Assembly (NCBI GenBank): GCA_026770705.1
Contig: JANJGN010000038.1
Location: 9,610,001 to 9,674,000 of the forward strand
Source: Isurus oxyrinchus
Lineage: Eukaryota
Length of the DNA: 64,000 nt
Direction of reading: 5' to 3'
The translations under genes and the position numbers were made by a program. Shown here in pieces: positions 1 through 10,229 of the stretch (its first letter is position 1; each line of letters begins with the position of its first letter). The notes under the pieces were generated by a model that ran no database searches, had not been told where the DNA came from, and saw nothing but the letters and a program-made list of their open reading frames with translations.

Positions 1-85
1 GTGATATTAATGGAATGGAACACTGAGTATGATGTTAATGTTTACACAGAGGGCCGTTACACTCCCTCTTGGTATCATTTCTGTT

Positions 86-200
86 GTGTCAGCCATGGTT
101 TAGTTGTAGCACTTTGGCGTTTGAGTCAGAAAGTTGTGGGTTTAAATTTCCTACAGTACAACATTGAGAAAAAAATGTATTTAATTTGGAGCTGCCATGT
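86..200 (+). mobile_element. tRNA-derived SINE head fragment (SacSINE1/DeuSINE-like), degraded
   Basis: GTGTCAGCCATGGTTTAGTTGTAGCACT...GAGTCAGAAAGTTGTGGGTTTAAAT resembles the A-box/B-box head of shark tRNA-SINEs; recognised from memory, boundaries approximate. Confidence 0.5.
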
Positions 201-1809
201 ATTATTTTATTTTAAACCATAAACCGTTAGTTTAGAGCGGAGCTCCGAGGCAAAGAAACGTTCAAATAAGAATGTGCAATGTTCCACGTATGAACATCAT
301 CATCAATAGGATTAATTTCAGAAAATGACAATGATTCCGAAAAAAAAGGTTTCAAATTGCCACCGATTGTTTTTTGTTCCGACGGGGAAGAATTGCTCTC
401 ATTTCAGTGGAGGGTGGTGGGATATAGATGGGCTATAGTTGCCTTTTTCTTCGATCCATGGCAATTCAAAGCCCAGTGAATGCCCAACTTGTCTTTGAAT
501 GCAAAGCAGGGAACATATTCTGGGGTGCATTTCCTATTTTAATTCAAAAAGTGACCCGTGCAAATACTTCCCCCACAGTTCAAAGCATTAATAATATTGC
601 TGTAATTTTATTTTTCTTTCAATTGTTCCTGATGCTACTGATAAGTGCTAGAAAATAGTCATTGTCGGCCATCATTCAAACAGCTCCCGATACTCAGCTC
701 CACTAACTGCATGGACAAGGATATCAGGCGCTGTGTAGGAAGGCCGGTAGAATCAATGCCGTCTGCATTGTTCCGCCGCCTGGGGCGAATTTATAGCCAA
801 AATCATTGCAAGACATTTTGATACTGAAGTGTAGGTCAATCAGTTGGATCTTGCGCTGGAGAGCTCACTTCTGGTTAGTTTTTTTTTAAGTTAGCGCATG
901 ATAATTTTAATGTGGTTAGTGCAAAGGTTTCGATCTTTCCAACAATAAAGTGCTGTATTTGTCGGTTTGAATGTCAGAGTTAAATTAGAAATTATCTAAT
1001 TTTCCGCGATAGAGAAATACAATGTAATCAATTTCAGGGAAAATAAATACAGGCAATGCTTCTTTTAATGATTCACATTTTGGCCACTGGCTGTAGGTAC
1101 GTTTACAAAAAAATAAAGGCGCTCCTCCTGAATAAAAGGTAGCAGCTGAGGATATTACACGAATCAATTTTTACAAAAATGCACAAGGCTTAGTGTGCAC
1201 TGATCTAAAACACACCGAGCGGCTGCGCTTTCAGCTGGAGTGGAGCAGAATCAGAAGCACATTGGGTGGAATACGTTTTGTAGAACAAATAAATGTGACA
1301 GCGGCGATGACTCTGCTTGTTTGTACTGCTGGCAGATATTTGGAATATCTGTTTGGGAGTTCCCCAATATATAACAGAAAATGGAAAATTCCCCTTTTAT
1401 TTAGCAAATTGTTCACACCAAGCAATTCGAGGAATTTTCCATCAAACTATTGTGAAAACTAAAAGATATTGGCGAAAATGTTACGCGGTGATAGTAAATA
1501 ATGGTGTCATAGCATTTTAAAATAATTTAATTTTGAACATAGTGGGCTACAGAGCGAAGGTGGCCTATTATTATTCGCCCTCAATGAACCAAAATTTACC
1601 TACGCAGTGTGGGACTGAATCACGTCGACAAGGCGGGTAGGAATGGCGTTGGTCCATTTCCTGTGAGCCACTTGGTTATTACAACAATCGGGAAGCTTGT
1701 TTGCCTCCAGCGTAATTGAATTCAATTCCTGAAATTGTAATGTTGTGATCATAAGCCCATAACTAAGCCCACCAGAGAAGCAGGACGGGAGTTCTGTGGA
1801 CAGACTGTA

Positions 1810-2200
1810 AATCCTGGGGTTGTTTCCTTAGAGCAGCGACATTTATGGGGTAACTTAATGCAGGTATTCAAACCATTAAGGACTTCAATAGCGATAGGAA
1901 AATCGGTATTCACGGAATACAGATATAAAGCGAATGGAAGAAGAACCAGAGCGGCCATGCGGGATTTATTTTTCTTTTTATGCAACGGTTTGTTGTGATC
2001 TGGAGGGCACGGATGGGAGGACGGTGAAAACAGATTCAGTAATAACTTTCAAACGGGAATGGGATGTATATTTGAGTGGACACTATTACGGGGCTAAGGG
2101 AAAAGGGTACATGACTGAGAGAAGATGAATAATTATTTGAAAAGCCGGCAGAGGCACTGTTGGACGCCTCATTCTGTGCGGTATTTTCCGAAGGTTCTAT
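1810..2200 (+). mobile_element. Old CR1 LINE 3' fragment
   Basis: Degenerate match to the CR1 ORF2 C-terminus and 3'UTR seen in the younger copies in this window (e.g. 3117-3495). Confidence 0.55.
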
Positions 2201-2278
2201 GATAACCATACCGTTAAGCTACAATAATAATGCCTCTTACAGTGACAGTCCATGTCATCTATGTACCATCTGTTGCAG

Positions 2279-2599
2279 ATCGTCAACTACAGGTGCCATC
2301 ACTGGAATTGTTTCCGCCTTCGCGCCAGGAAGTAACTTCAGCTGAAACAGTGTCGCTGAGCTGTCTGATTCGGGGCTTCTACCCAGCTTTCGTGGAAAGC
2401 GCGGGGCATTGAGACGCAGAGCGGAGTGTCCACAAATCTACCTAATCATGAGGCTGACAACAGCTACAGCATCAGCAGCTACCTGAGGGTCCCTGTCAGC
2501 TCTTGGAACTCGAAGGATCACTACTCGTGTCTGTTCCGATACAAGACTCAGGACACTCTCGTTCAGAAATCCATCAGCTTGGACACCTGCAATCGCTAA
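2279..2599 (+). pseudogene. Immunoglobulin light-chain constant (C1-set) exon, frameshifted
   Basis: Acceptor ttgcag|AT (phase 1). Frame 1: DRQLQVPSLELFPPSRQEVTSAETVSLSCLIRGFYPAFVE, then TGA at 2410-2412. Shifted frame from ~2405: GIETQSGVSTNLPNHEADNSYSISSYLRVPVSSWNSKDHYSCLFRYKTQDTLVQKSISLDTCNR*. Both Ig cysteines, FYP, YSxSSYL and the near-terminal Cys of CL are present; the C-strand Trp is missing at the lesion. Isotype not determined. Confidence 0.85.
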
Positions 2600-2676
2600 A
2601 GACCGGCTATTAGCTCAAGCCAATAACTCCTGAGTTTAATTTCAAAGCGAAACGTGGCGGTAATCTCGGCAGATTT

Positions 2677-2682
2677 AATAAA
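2677..2682 (+). promoter_or_regulatory. Candidate polyadenylation signal of the IgL C exon
   Basis: AATAAA about 80 nt after the TAA stop; a second AATAAA at 2957-2962. Confidence 0.5.
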
Positions 2683-3116
2683 TGTATCTGACCGGCACGA
2701 AGTTTTAATTTCCTGGCTAAATATTTGTGACATTGTAAACAGCAGGAATTATTCATTTTAGAATTGCTTTTTAATTTTCTCGAACAATAACCAAAGTGAG
2801 AATAACCTGTTGTATATTTAAGATGCCGATGATTGTTTCTTTCTCTGCATGTGAATTGTAACTGAGTTTTTCAAACGAATGGGGTTCGATTGCTTAAATT
2901 ATGTGTAATTAGAAAGCGATTAAACGGCCAGCCTCAATATTTCGCAGCTTTAGCAGAATAAAACTTATGCTTTCTCGTCCCTTGAAGTAACCTGAATTCT
3001 TTGCATTCCTATATTGAAACTGAATCTCTGCCCTAAGTTGCCCAATGATTCTGGGGAGCCTTCATCGACATTTTCCTTTCTTTGTTCTGGACATTATATT
3101 ATACAAACAAAACGTG

Positions 3117-3495
3117 TACAAGATTATGAGGGGCATCGACAAGGTGGATAGGGAATAGCTGTTCCCCTTAGTTGAAAGGTGAGTCACGAGGGGACGTGAG
3201 TTCAAGGTGAAGGGCAGGAGGTTTAGGGGGGAGGGGTGGGGGTTGTGTGGAAAAACCTTTTTACCTGGAGTGTGGTGACGATCTGGAATGCACTAGCTGG
3301 GAAGGTGGTGGAGGCGAGTTGCCTGACAGCCTTTAAAAAGTACATGGATGAGCACTTGGCACGTCATAACATTCAAGGCTATGGGCTAAGTGCTGGAAAA
3401 TGGGATTAAGTAGGTAGGTCAGGTGTTTCTCATGTCGGTGCAGACTCTATGCGCCGAAGGGCCTCTTCTGCATTGTGTTATTCTGTGATTCTGTG
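3117..3495 (+). mobile_element. CR1 LINE 3' end
   Basis: Encodes a KIMRGIDKVDRE.LFPLVE..VTRG.EFKVKGRRF-type CR1 C-terminus; ends in a TTCTGTGATTCTGTGA microsatellite tail. Confidence 0.85.
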
Positions 3496-4054
3496 AAAAT
3501 AATGAGCGAGTTTTGGATAATAAGGGAAATTTCAATCATCACTACATCGCTAGGTCGAAGTGTCGAATCTCTTGAGGGCACCACTGCATAGAAGCAACAG
3601 AGCAGCCTTTCCCCTTCCACAAACTCCCCCCCGCCCAACTGCAGCACCACGTTGCCCGCCACCCCCCGCCCCCCAACGCCGCTCTCCTCCTCTCCTTCCC
3701 CCCTCGTCTTTCTGAGGACCTGTGCCTCTTCGATTAGAATTTACTTCTTATTCCCTCTTCAATGCAGACAAGTGGGAAGACTTTGCGCTTCACTGCCTCA
3801 GAGTTAGAGATACACAATCTTGAAGCAAGTCATTCTACCTCCGTGAATTTACCAAAACTAAGGGGAAACTCTGCATTTCCAATGCTGAATTGGAAATCCA
3901 TCTTGTAATTATCTCATGGAATAAAATTGATATAACATAGAAGTAAACAAAGAGATAAAAACAAAACAAAACTGCGGATGCTGGAAATCCAAAACAAAAA
4001 CAGAATTACCTGGAAAAACTCAGCAGGTCTGGCAGCATCGGCGGAGAAGAAAAG

Positions 4055-4093
4055 AGTTGACGTTTCGAGTCTTCATGACCCTTCGACAGAACT
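4055..4093 (-). ncRNA. Minimal type-I hammerhead ribozyme motif in the PLE 3' repeat (variant core)
   Basis: Minus strand AGUU-CUGUCGA-A-GGGUC-augaa-GACUC-GAAAC-GUC^AACU. Stem I AGUU/AACU, 5-bp stem II, palindromic ACGU minimal stem III, GUC triplet; predicted cut between 4059 and 4058. Confidence 0.75.
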
Positions 4094-4137
4094 TGATTTC
4101 GAGTCCAGGAAAGAGTTGAAATATAAGCTGGTTTAAG

Positions 4138-4183
<46 letters not shown>

Positions 4184-4203
4184 CGGAGAGAGAGAGAGAG
4201 AGA
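4138..4203. repeat. Compound microsatellite (GT)n-G~30-(GA)n in the PLE 3'UTR
   Basis: Directly visible. Confidence 0.95.
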
Positions 4204-4515
4204 CAGAGGTGCTTGTGTAGACAAACAAGCAGTGATAGAAGCAGATCATCAAAAGATGTCAGTGACAATGGGACAAAAGAACACATAGGTGTTAAAGTTA
4301 AAGTTGGTGATATTATCTAAACGAATGTGCTAATTAAGAATGGATGGTAGGGCACTCAAGGTACAGCTCTAGTGGGGGTGGGGGGAGCATAAAAGATTTT
4401 AAAATATTTAAAAATAATGGAAATAGGTGGGAAAAGAAAAATCTATAAAATTTATAGGGAAAAAAAGGGGAAAAAAAGGGGGAAACAGAAAGGGGGTGGG
4501 GATAGGGGAGGGAGC

Positions 4516-7255
4516 TCACGACCTAAAGTTATTGAATTCAATATTCAGACCGGAAGGCTGTAAGGGGCCTAGTCGGAAGATGAGGTGTTGTTCCTCCAGT
4601 TTGCGTTGGGCTTCACTGGAACAATGCAGTAAGCCAAGGACAGACATGTGGGCAAGAGAGCAGGGTGGAGTGTTAAAATGGCAAGCGACAGGGAGGTTTG
4701 GGTCATTCTTGCGGACAGACCGCAGGTGTTCAGCAAAGCGGTCGCCCAGTTTACGTTTGGTCTCTCCAATGTAGAGGAGACCACATTGGGAGCAACGAAT
4801 GCAGTAGACTAAGTTGGGGGAGATGCAAGTGAAATGCTGCTTCACTTGAAAGGAGTGTTTGGGCCCTTGGACGGTGAGGAGAGAGGAAGTGAAGGGGCAG
4901 GTGTTACATCTTTTGCGTGGGCATGGGGTGGTGCCATAGGAGGGGGTTGAGGAGTAGGGGGTGATGGAGGAGTGGACCAGGGTGTCCCGGAGGGAGCGAT
5001 CCCTACGGAATGCCGATAAGGGGGGTGAAGGGAAGATGTGTTTGGTGGTGGCATCATGCTGGAGTTGGCGGAAATGGCGGAGGATGATCCTTTGAATGCG
5101 GAGGCTGGTGGGGTGATAAGTGAGGACAAGGGGGACCCTATCATGTTTCTGGGAGGGAGGAGAAGGCGTGAGGGCGGATGCGCGGGAGATGGGCCGGACA
5201 CGGTTGAGGGCCCTGTCAACGACCGTCGGTGGAAAACCTCGGTTAAGGAAGAAGGAGGACATGTCAGAGGAACCGTTTTTGAAGGTAGCATCATCGGAAC
5301 AGATGCGACGAAGGCGAAGGAACTGGGAGAATGGGATGGAGTCCTTACAGGAAGCGGGGTGTGAGGAGCTGTAGTCGAGGTAGCTGTGGGAGTCGGTGGG
5401 TTTGTAATGGATATTAGTGGACAGTCTATCACCAGAGATTGAGACAGAGAGGTCAAGGAAGGGAAGGGAAGTGTCAGAGATGGACCACGTGAAAATGATG
5501 GAGGGGTGGAGATTGGAAGCAAAATTAATAAATTTTTCCAAGTCCCGACGAGAGCATGAAGCGGCACCGAAGTAATCATCGATGTACTGGAGAAAAAGTT
5601 GTGGAAGGGGGCCGGGGTAGGACTGCAACAAGGAATGTTCCACATATCCCATAAAGAGACAGGCATAGCTGGGGCCCATGCGGGTACCCATAGCCAGACC
5701 TTTTATTTGGAGAAAGTGAGAGGAGTTGAAGGAGAAATTGTTCAACGTGAGAACAAGTTCAGCCAGACGGAGGAGAGTAGTGGTGGATGGGGATTGTTCG
5801 GGCCTCTGTTCGAGGAAGAAGCTAAGGGCCCTCAGACCATCCTGGTGGGGGATGGAGGTGTAGAGGGATTGGACGTCCATCGTGAAGAGGAAGCGGTTGG
5901 AGCCAGGGAACTGGAAATTGTTGATGTGACGTAAGGTGTCAGAGGAATCACGGATGTAGGTGGGAAGGGACTGGACAAGGGGAGAGAGAAGGGAGTCAAG
6001 ATAACGAGAAATGAGTTCTGTGGGGCAGGAGCAAGCTGAGACGATCGGTCTACCGGGGCAGTTCTGTTTGTGGATTTTAGGTAGGAGATAGAAGCGGGCC
6101 GTCCGAGGTTGGGCGACTATCAGGGAGATCCCCAGAGGAGATGAGGTCAGTGACAGTCCTGGAAACAATGGCTTGATGTTCAGTGGTGGGGTCATGGTCC
6201 AGGGAGAGGTAGGAGGAAGTGTCTGCGAGTTGACGCTCAGCCTCCGCGAGGTAGAGGTCAGTGCGCCAGACAACAAAAGCACCACCCTTGTCAGCGGGTT
6301 TGATGACAATGTCAGGGTTGGACCTGAGAGAATGGAGTGCAGTAAGTTCAGAGAGAGACAGGTTAGAATGGGTGAGAGGAGCAGAGAAATTGAGACGACT
6401 AATGTCGTGCCGACAGTTCTCAATGAAAAGATCAAGAGAAGATAAGAATCCAGAGGGAGGGGTCCAGGTGGAGGGAGAATATTGGAGATGGGTAAAAGGA
6501 TCCGTTGAACTGGGAGAGGACTCCTGCCCAAAGAAGTGAGCCCGGAGACGAAGACGGCGAAAGAAGAGTTCAGTATCATGCCGAGCCCGAAATTCATTGA
6601 GGTGAGGGCGTAAGGGTATGAAACTAAGTCCTTTGCTGAGCACTGAACGTTCAGCATCGGAGAGGGGAAGGTCAGGGGGTATAGTGAATACACGGCTGGG
6701 GCTGGGATTGGAAGATGGGGTGGGGACGGAGGGACAGGCTGGGGTGGAGGGTCCTAGATGGGTGTTGGTGTCGATGAGTTGTTGGAGCTTGCGTTCCTTA
6801 GCAGTTGAGAGAAAGAGAAAAAGTTTCTTGTTGAGGCGTCGGATGAGCCGAAGGATAAAATGAAACTGGGGGCACGCGCAGCTTTGAGAAAGGGTACGGC
6901 GGTGCTGCTGGAGGGAGCGGTCGAGTGTGTTCATATGGCGGCGCATGGCACTGAGTGTGGATTTCAGAATGTGACGGGAACAGCAGTCTGAGAAACGTTT
7001 TATGTCCCGGAGATACCGGTAATCCTGGGTGGGGTCGAAAGATGAGGGGTGGAATTTCAGTTGAAATCCACGTGGGGTAAGTCGGAGACGGAGGCAGTCA
7101 CTGAGAAAGGAGATATGGCTGTGAAAGCGGGTTTTAGTAAACACCTTGTCAAAAACTAGGAGGGAAATGGAAAGCAAAGAAGGTGAACAAGGCAACAGAG
7201 AGATACGGAAATCTTGTCGCAGAGAGGAACAGAACTTCTTCAAGGAGGTAGGCAT
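4516..7255 (-). pseudogene. PLE polyprotein (reverse transcriptase + GIY-YIG endonuclease), one frameshift at ~6120
   Basis: ATG at 7255 (MPTSLKKFCSSLRQDFR). Motifs IKPADKGGA, FYLLPKIHK..PGRPIVS, TMDVQSLYTSIPH, GLAMGTRMGPSYACLF, YIDD, NLVYCIRCSQCGLLYIGET. ORFs 6077-7279 and 4516-6693 join at SGDLP/LIVAQPRTAR. Confidence 0.92.
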
Positions 7256-7391
7256 TTCTTGAAGAGCAGTGGCAGTCAATTAAACACAGAGATAAAGACA
7301 AAACAAAACTGCGGATGCTGGAAATCCAAAACAAAAACAGAATTACCTGGAAAAACTCAGCAGGTCTGGCAGCATCGGCGGAGAAGAAAAG

Positions 7392-7429
7392 AGTTGACGT
7401 TTCGAGTCTTCATGACCCTTCGCAGAACT
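7392..7429 (-). ncRNA. Hammerhead motif in the PLE 5' repeat, 1-nt core deletion (CUGCGA)
   Basis: Identical to 4055-4093 except for one missing core base. Confidence 0.6.
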
Positions 7430-7454
7430 GCTCTTCTGATTAGCCAGAATTTAA

Positions 7455-9095
7455 TATGAGAACTGAAAAAGCTGGAAAATCTCTGTACGTCTGGTAGCAA
7501 CAGTGAAGAGAGAAACAGTGTTAACATTTGGGGTCCGTATGACTCTTCTTCAGAGGTGAAGAGAGGTAGAAATGTGCTTGTTTCCACTGCGGAAGAGAGG
7601 GGCGGGGCAGGTGGAGCAAAATAGAAGGTCAGGGATAGCTGGGAGCTCAGACGAGAAATGACAAAATGCCATGCACACAACACATACAGGTGCAGCAAAC
7701 AGATAGGAAGGCTAATGGAATGTCGGCCTTTACCTTAAGAGAATTTGAGTGCAGAAGTATTGAAGTCTTGCTTCAATTGTATAGAAGCTTGGTTAGACCG
7801 CAACTAGAGTGCTGTGGGCAGTTTTGGTCCGCTTACCTTAGGATGGGTATTATTGCCATAGAGGGAGTGCAACGAAGATTCGCCAGGCTTCCTCCTGGGT
7901 TTGGGGAACTGTCTGATGAAGAGAGGTTGAGGAAACTGGGCTTGTATTCTCTAGAGTTTCGAAGAAAGAGAGGTGATTTCATTGAAACCTACAAAATTCT
8001 TAAATGTATAGACAGGGTTGATGCAGATAAGATTTTTCCCTGGTTGTTGAGTGTAGAAACAACGGTCACAAATTCGAAATTAGGGGGATGCCACTTAGGA
8101 TCGAGATGAGGGAAAATTTCTTTGTTCAGAGGGTTGTAAATCTTTGGATTTCTCTACCCCAGCGGGTCGTGAAACCTTAGCAATTCCATATGCTTAAGGT
8201 AGAGATTGACAGATTTCTCATTAATAACATAAAGTGTTGTGGAGATAGTGTGGGTAAAAGCCATTGAACTGTTCGTTCAACCATGATCGTATTGAATGGC
8301 GAAGCAGGCTCGACGGGCTGAATGGTCTTTTCCTGTTACTATGTTCCTAAGACAGAATGGTAATGATAGTGATAAAGTCTAAGGTAGGTGTTAATGCTGA
8401 TGTAAAGGTCAGATGGCAGAATGTGTTACTGACAGGTCAGCGTCTGTGAAAGCAAAGCAAAAAAACAAGTTACAGATTTGCCCTGTGGGAGGATATGGTT
8501 GGGGAAAGAAATCAACATGCAGGTCTGAAGCCATGAACTTAGTGTTAAGTCCAGAAGGCTGTAAAGCACCTAATTATAAGCCTTATCTTCTGATTAGGCA
8601 CTTTAAAGGCTCCTGGATTTAACATTGAGTTCAACAACTTTAGACCATGCACTCTGCCCTCTATTTTGATACTTTTACCACACCCATCCCCTGCCCTTTT
8701 ACGAGGGCCGTCTCTAACGTGTTCCTATATTTTGCTTTCAAATAGCACGGAACCTTGTTCTGCTGTTATCACATTCTGCTATCTGACATTTATACCACTA
8801 TTGGCACCGGCCTTAGTCTTTAGCACTACCATTGGCTTCTGTACATGGCATCTTTGTCAAATCTCTCTTGTGATCCCCACTATCTCTGGATTCTACTTTG
8901 CTCCACCCCTTCGCTTCACCAGTGTAAAACCCATCGTATTTCTACCGCTATTTAGGTCTGAAGAAGAGTCACAGGATCTCAAAACATTCTCTGATTCGAC
9001 CTCCGCAAATGCTGCCAGACCTGCTGAGCTTTTTCAAGTATTTTCTGATTTTGTTTTTAAATTTCAGATTTCCAACGTCCACAGTATTCAACTTT
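7455..9095. mobile_element. Inverted (fold-back) pair of older PLE 3' ends, centre ~8578, left arm interrupted by CR1
   Basis: Left arm 7455-7665 plus 8350-8578 is the diverged reverse complement of 8580-9095. Both arms carry the GLNIEFNNFR-like ORF end and CTGAAGAAGAGTC hammerhead remnants. Confidence 0.75.
7668..8350 (+). mobile_element. CR1 LINE 3' fragment nested in the PLE fold-back
   Basis: ORF 7666-8109 LYRSLVRPQLECCGQFWS...EGVQRRFARL...RGDFIETYKIL; ATGTTCCTA tail. Confidence 0.9.
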
Positions 9096-10229
9096 TACTT
9101 TAGCCATAAATTAAATTGGCTTATCTGTCCAGACTGGAAAATGCACAAATCGTCATCAGATACAAAAGATGCACTCGGGAGACCATCTGATGGTTTACCT
9201 GACACTGATCCGTGCCAAGGGGCCCTTCAGCATGTTGGACCTTACTTTATTTTGAGTCATGATCTGCAGCCTCAGAGACCGGACATGCCTCCCTTCACCT
9301 CTCATTTGGCAGGATGATGCTCTGTAACCCGTCCTGGGCGCTAACTGGTTGCAGTTACCATGCTATTATGTGTGCGCTGATGGCGATTCTGGAAGTTGAA
9401 ACACAGCTGAACACAGCGTGCAGAACCTTCCATTGACGTGCAACAGTAATATGCAGTCAATTGTGTCAGTAAGTCTCTCTTTAAAAGTGCTCAAGTAACC
9501 ATCCAATCAATGTAGTGCAGCAGTGTATACCTAAGTTCACAATTAACACCCGGTAGGCAATCTGCGGCTTTGTCTATGTTATGCATGAATTCACATCACC
9601 TTGGATACAGGTTCTACCCAACACCCTTGTAAAACTCAGAGACCAAAGTACCCTTTTAGTAGCCTTCACCATCCGTAATCACACGCTTTGAAATCATTTC
9701 ATCTGCATTCCTCATATTGTTACTCTCTGTTGGGAGTATTACGTTTTAGGATTCGCATTTTCAATGTCCCATGCCTCAATTTCTCTTCCAAGCTTTCATT
9801 CCTACCTTCTGTTTGAAACGTTCCGAATTTCATATCAATAGCAAATTTCAATGCCTATGTGAAATAGTTCCAATGACACATCCTCCTGCACCTCTTCCAA
9901 TTATCCAGAATACCTCATTCAATTTTCACACTGCCTCTATACACCACTTCAACTTACATTCCCATCCCAATTGTAGCTCTCCCATTTACCACAATGTCTC
10001 TCCACTCTTTCTACTAGTGCATCACTCCTTCTATCCAATTACTCTGCTACCTCGAGTCCTTTCTTCCTTTTTCTCTGCTTCCTCAAACTCCTTCTCTTTC
10101 ACTTAGCATGTTATCATTGCAACTTTTTATCCTTTAACCAATTGATTTGAGCCCACTTTTACAGTTAAGACGCTGTATCCACACCGCCTCTTTCGTTTCA
10201 GTCAACTGTTCACCGTTGGCTCTTCAATT

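Larger units (their letters stand above)
3944..7429 (-). mobile_element. Penelope-like retroelement (PLE), near full length, flanked by ~150-bp direct repeats (pseudo-LTRs)
   Basis: RT + GIY-YIG ORF between near-identical direct repeats at 3944-4093 and 7281-7429. Confidence 0.95.

Noticed and set aside
1166-1204. RSS-like arrangement (AATTTTTAC, 23 nt, CACTGAT) upstream of the Ig C exon
   Set aside because: The heptamer lacks the essential terminal GTG, the nonamer is a weak match, and no FGxG J coding sequence or splice donor follows
4842-5666. 274-aa Pro/Ser-rich ORF and other overlapping ORFs in the PLE
   Set aside because: Alternative frames of the C-rich PLE coding strand; no independent motifs
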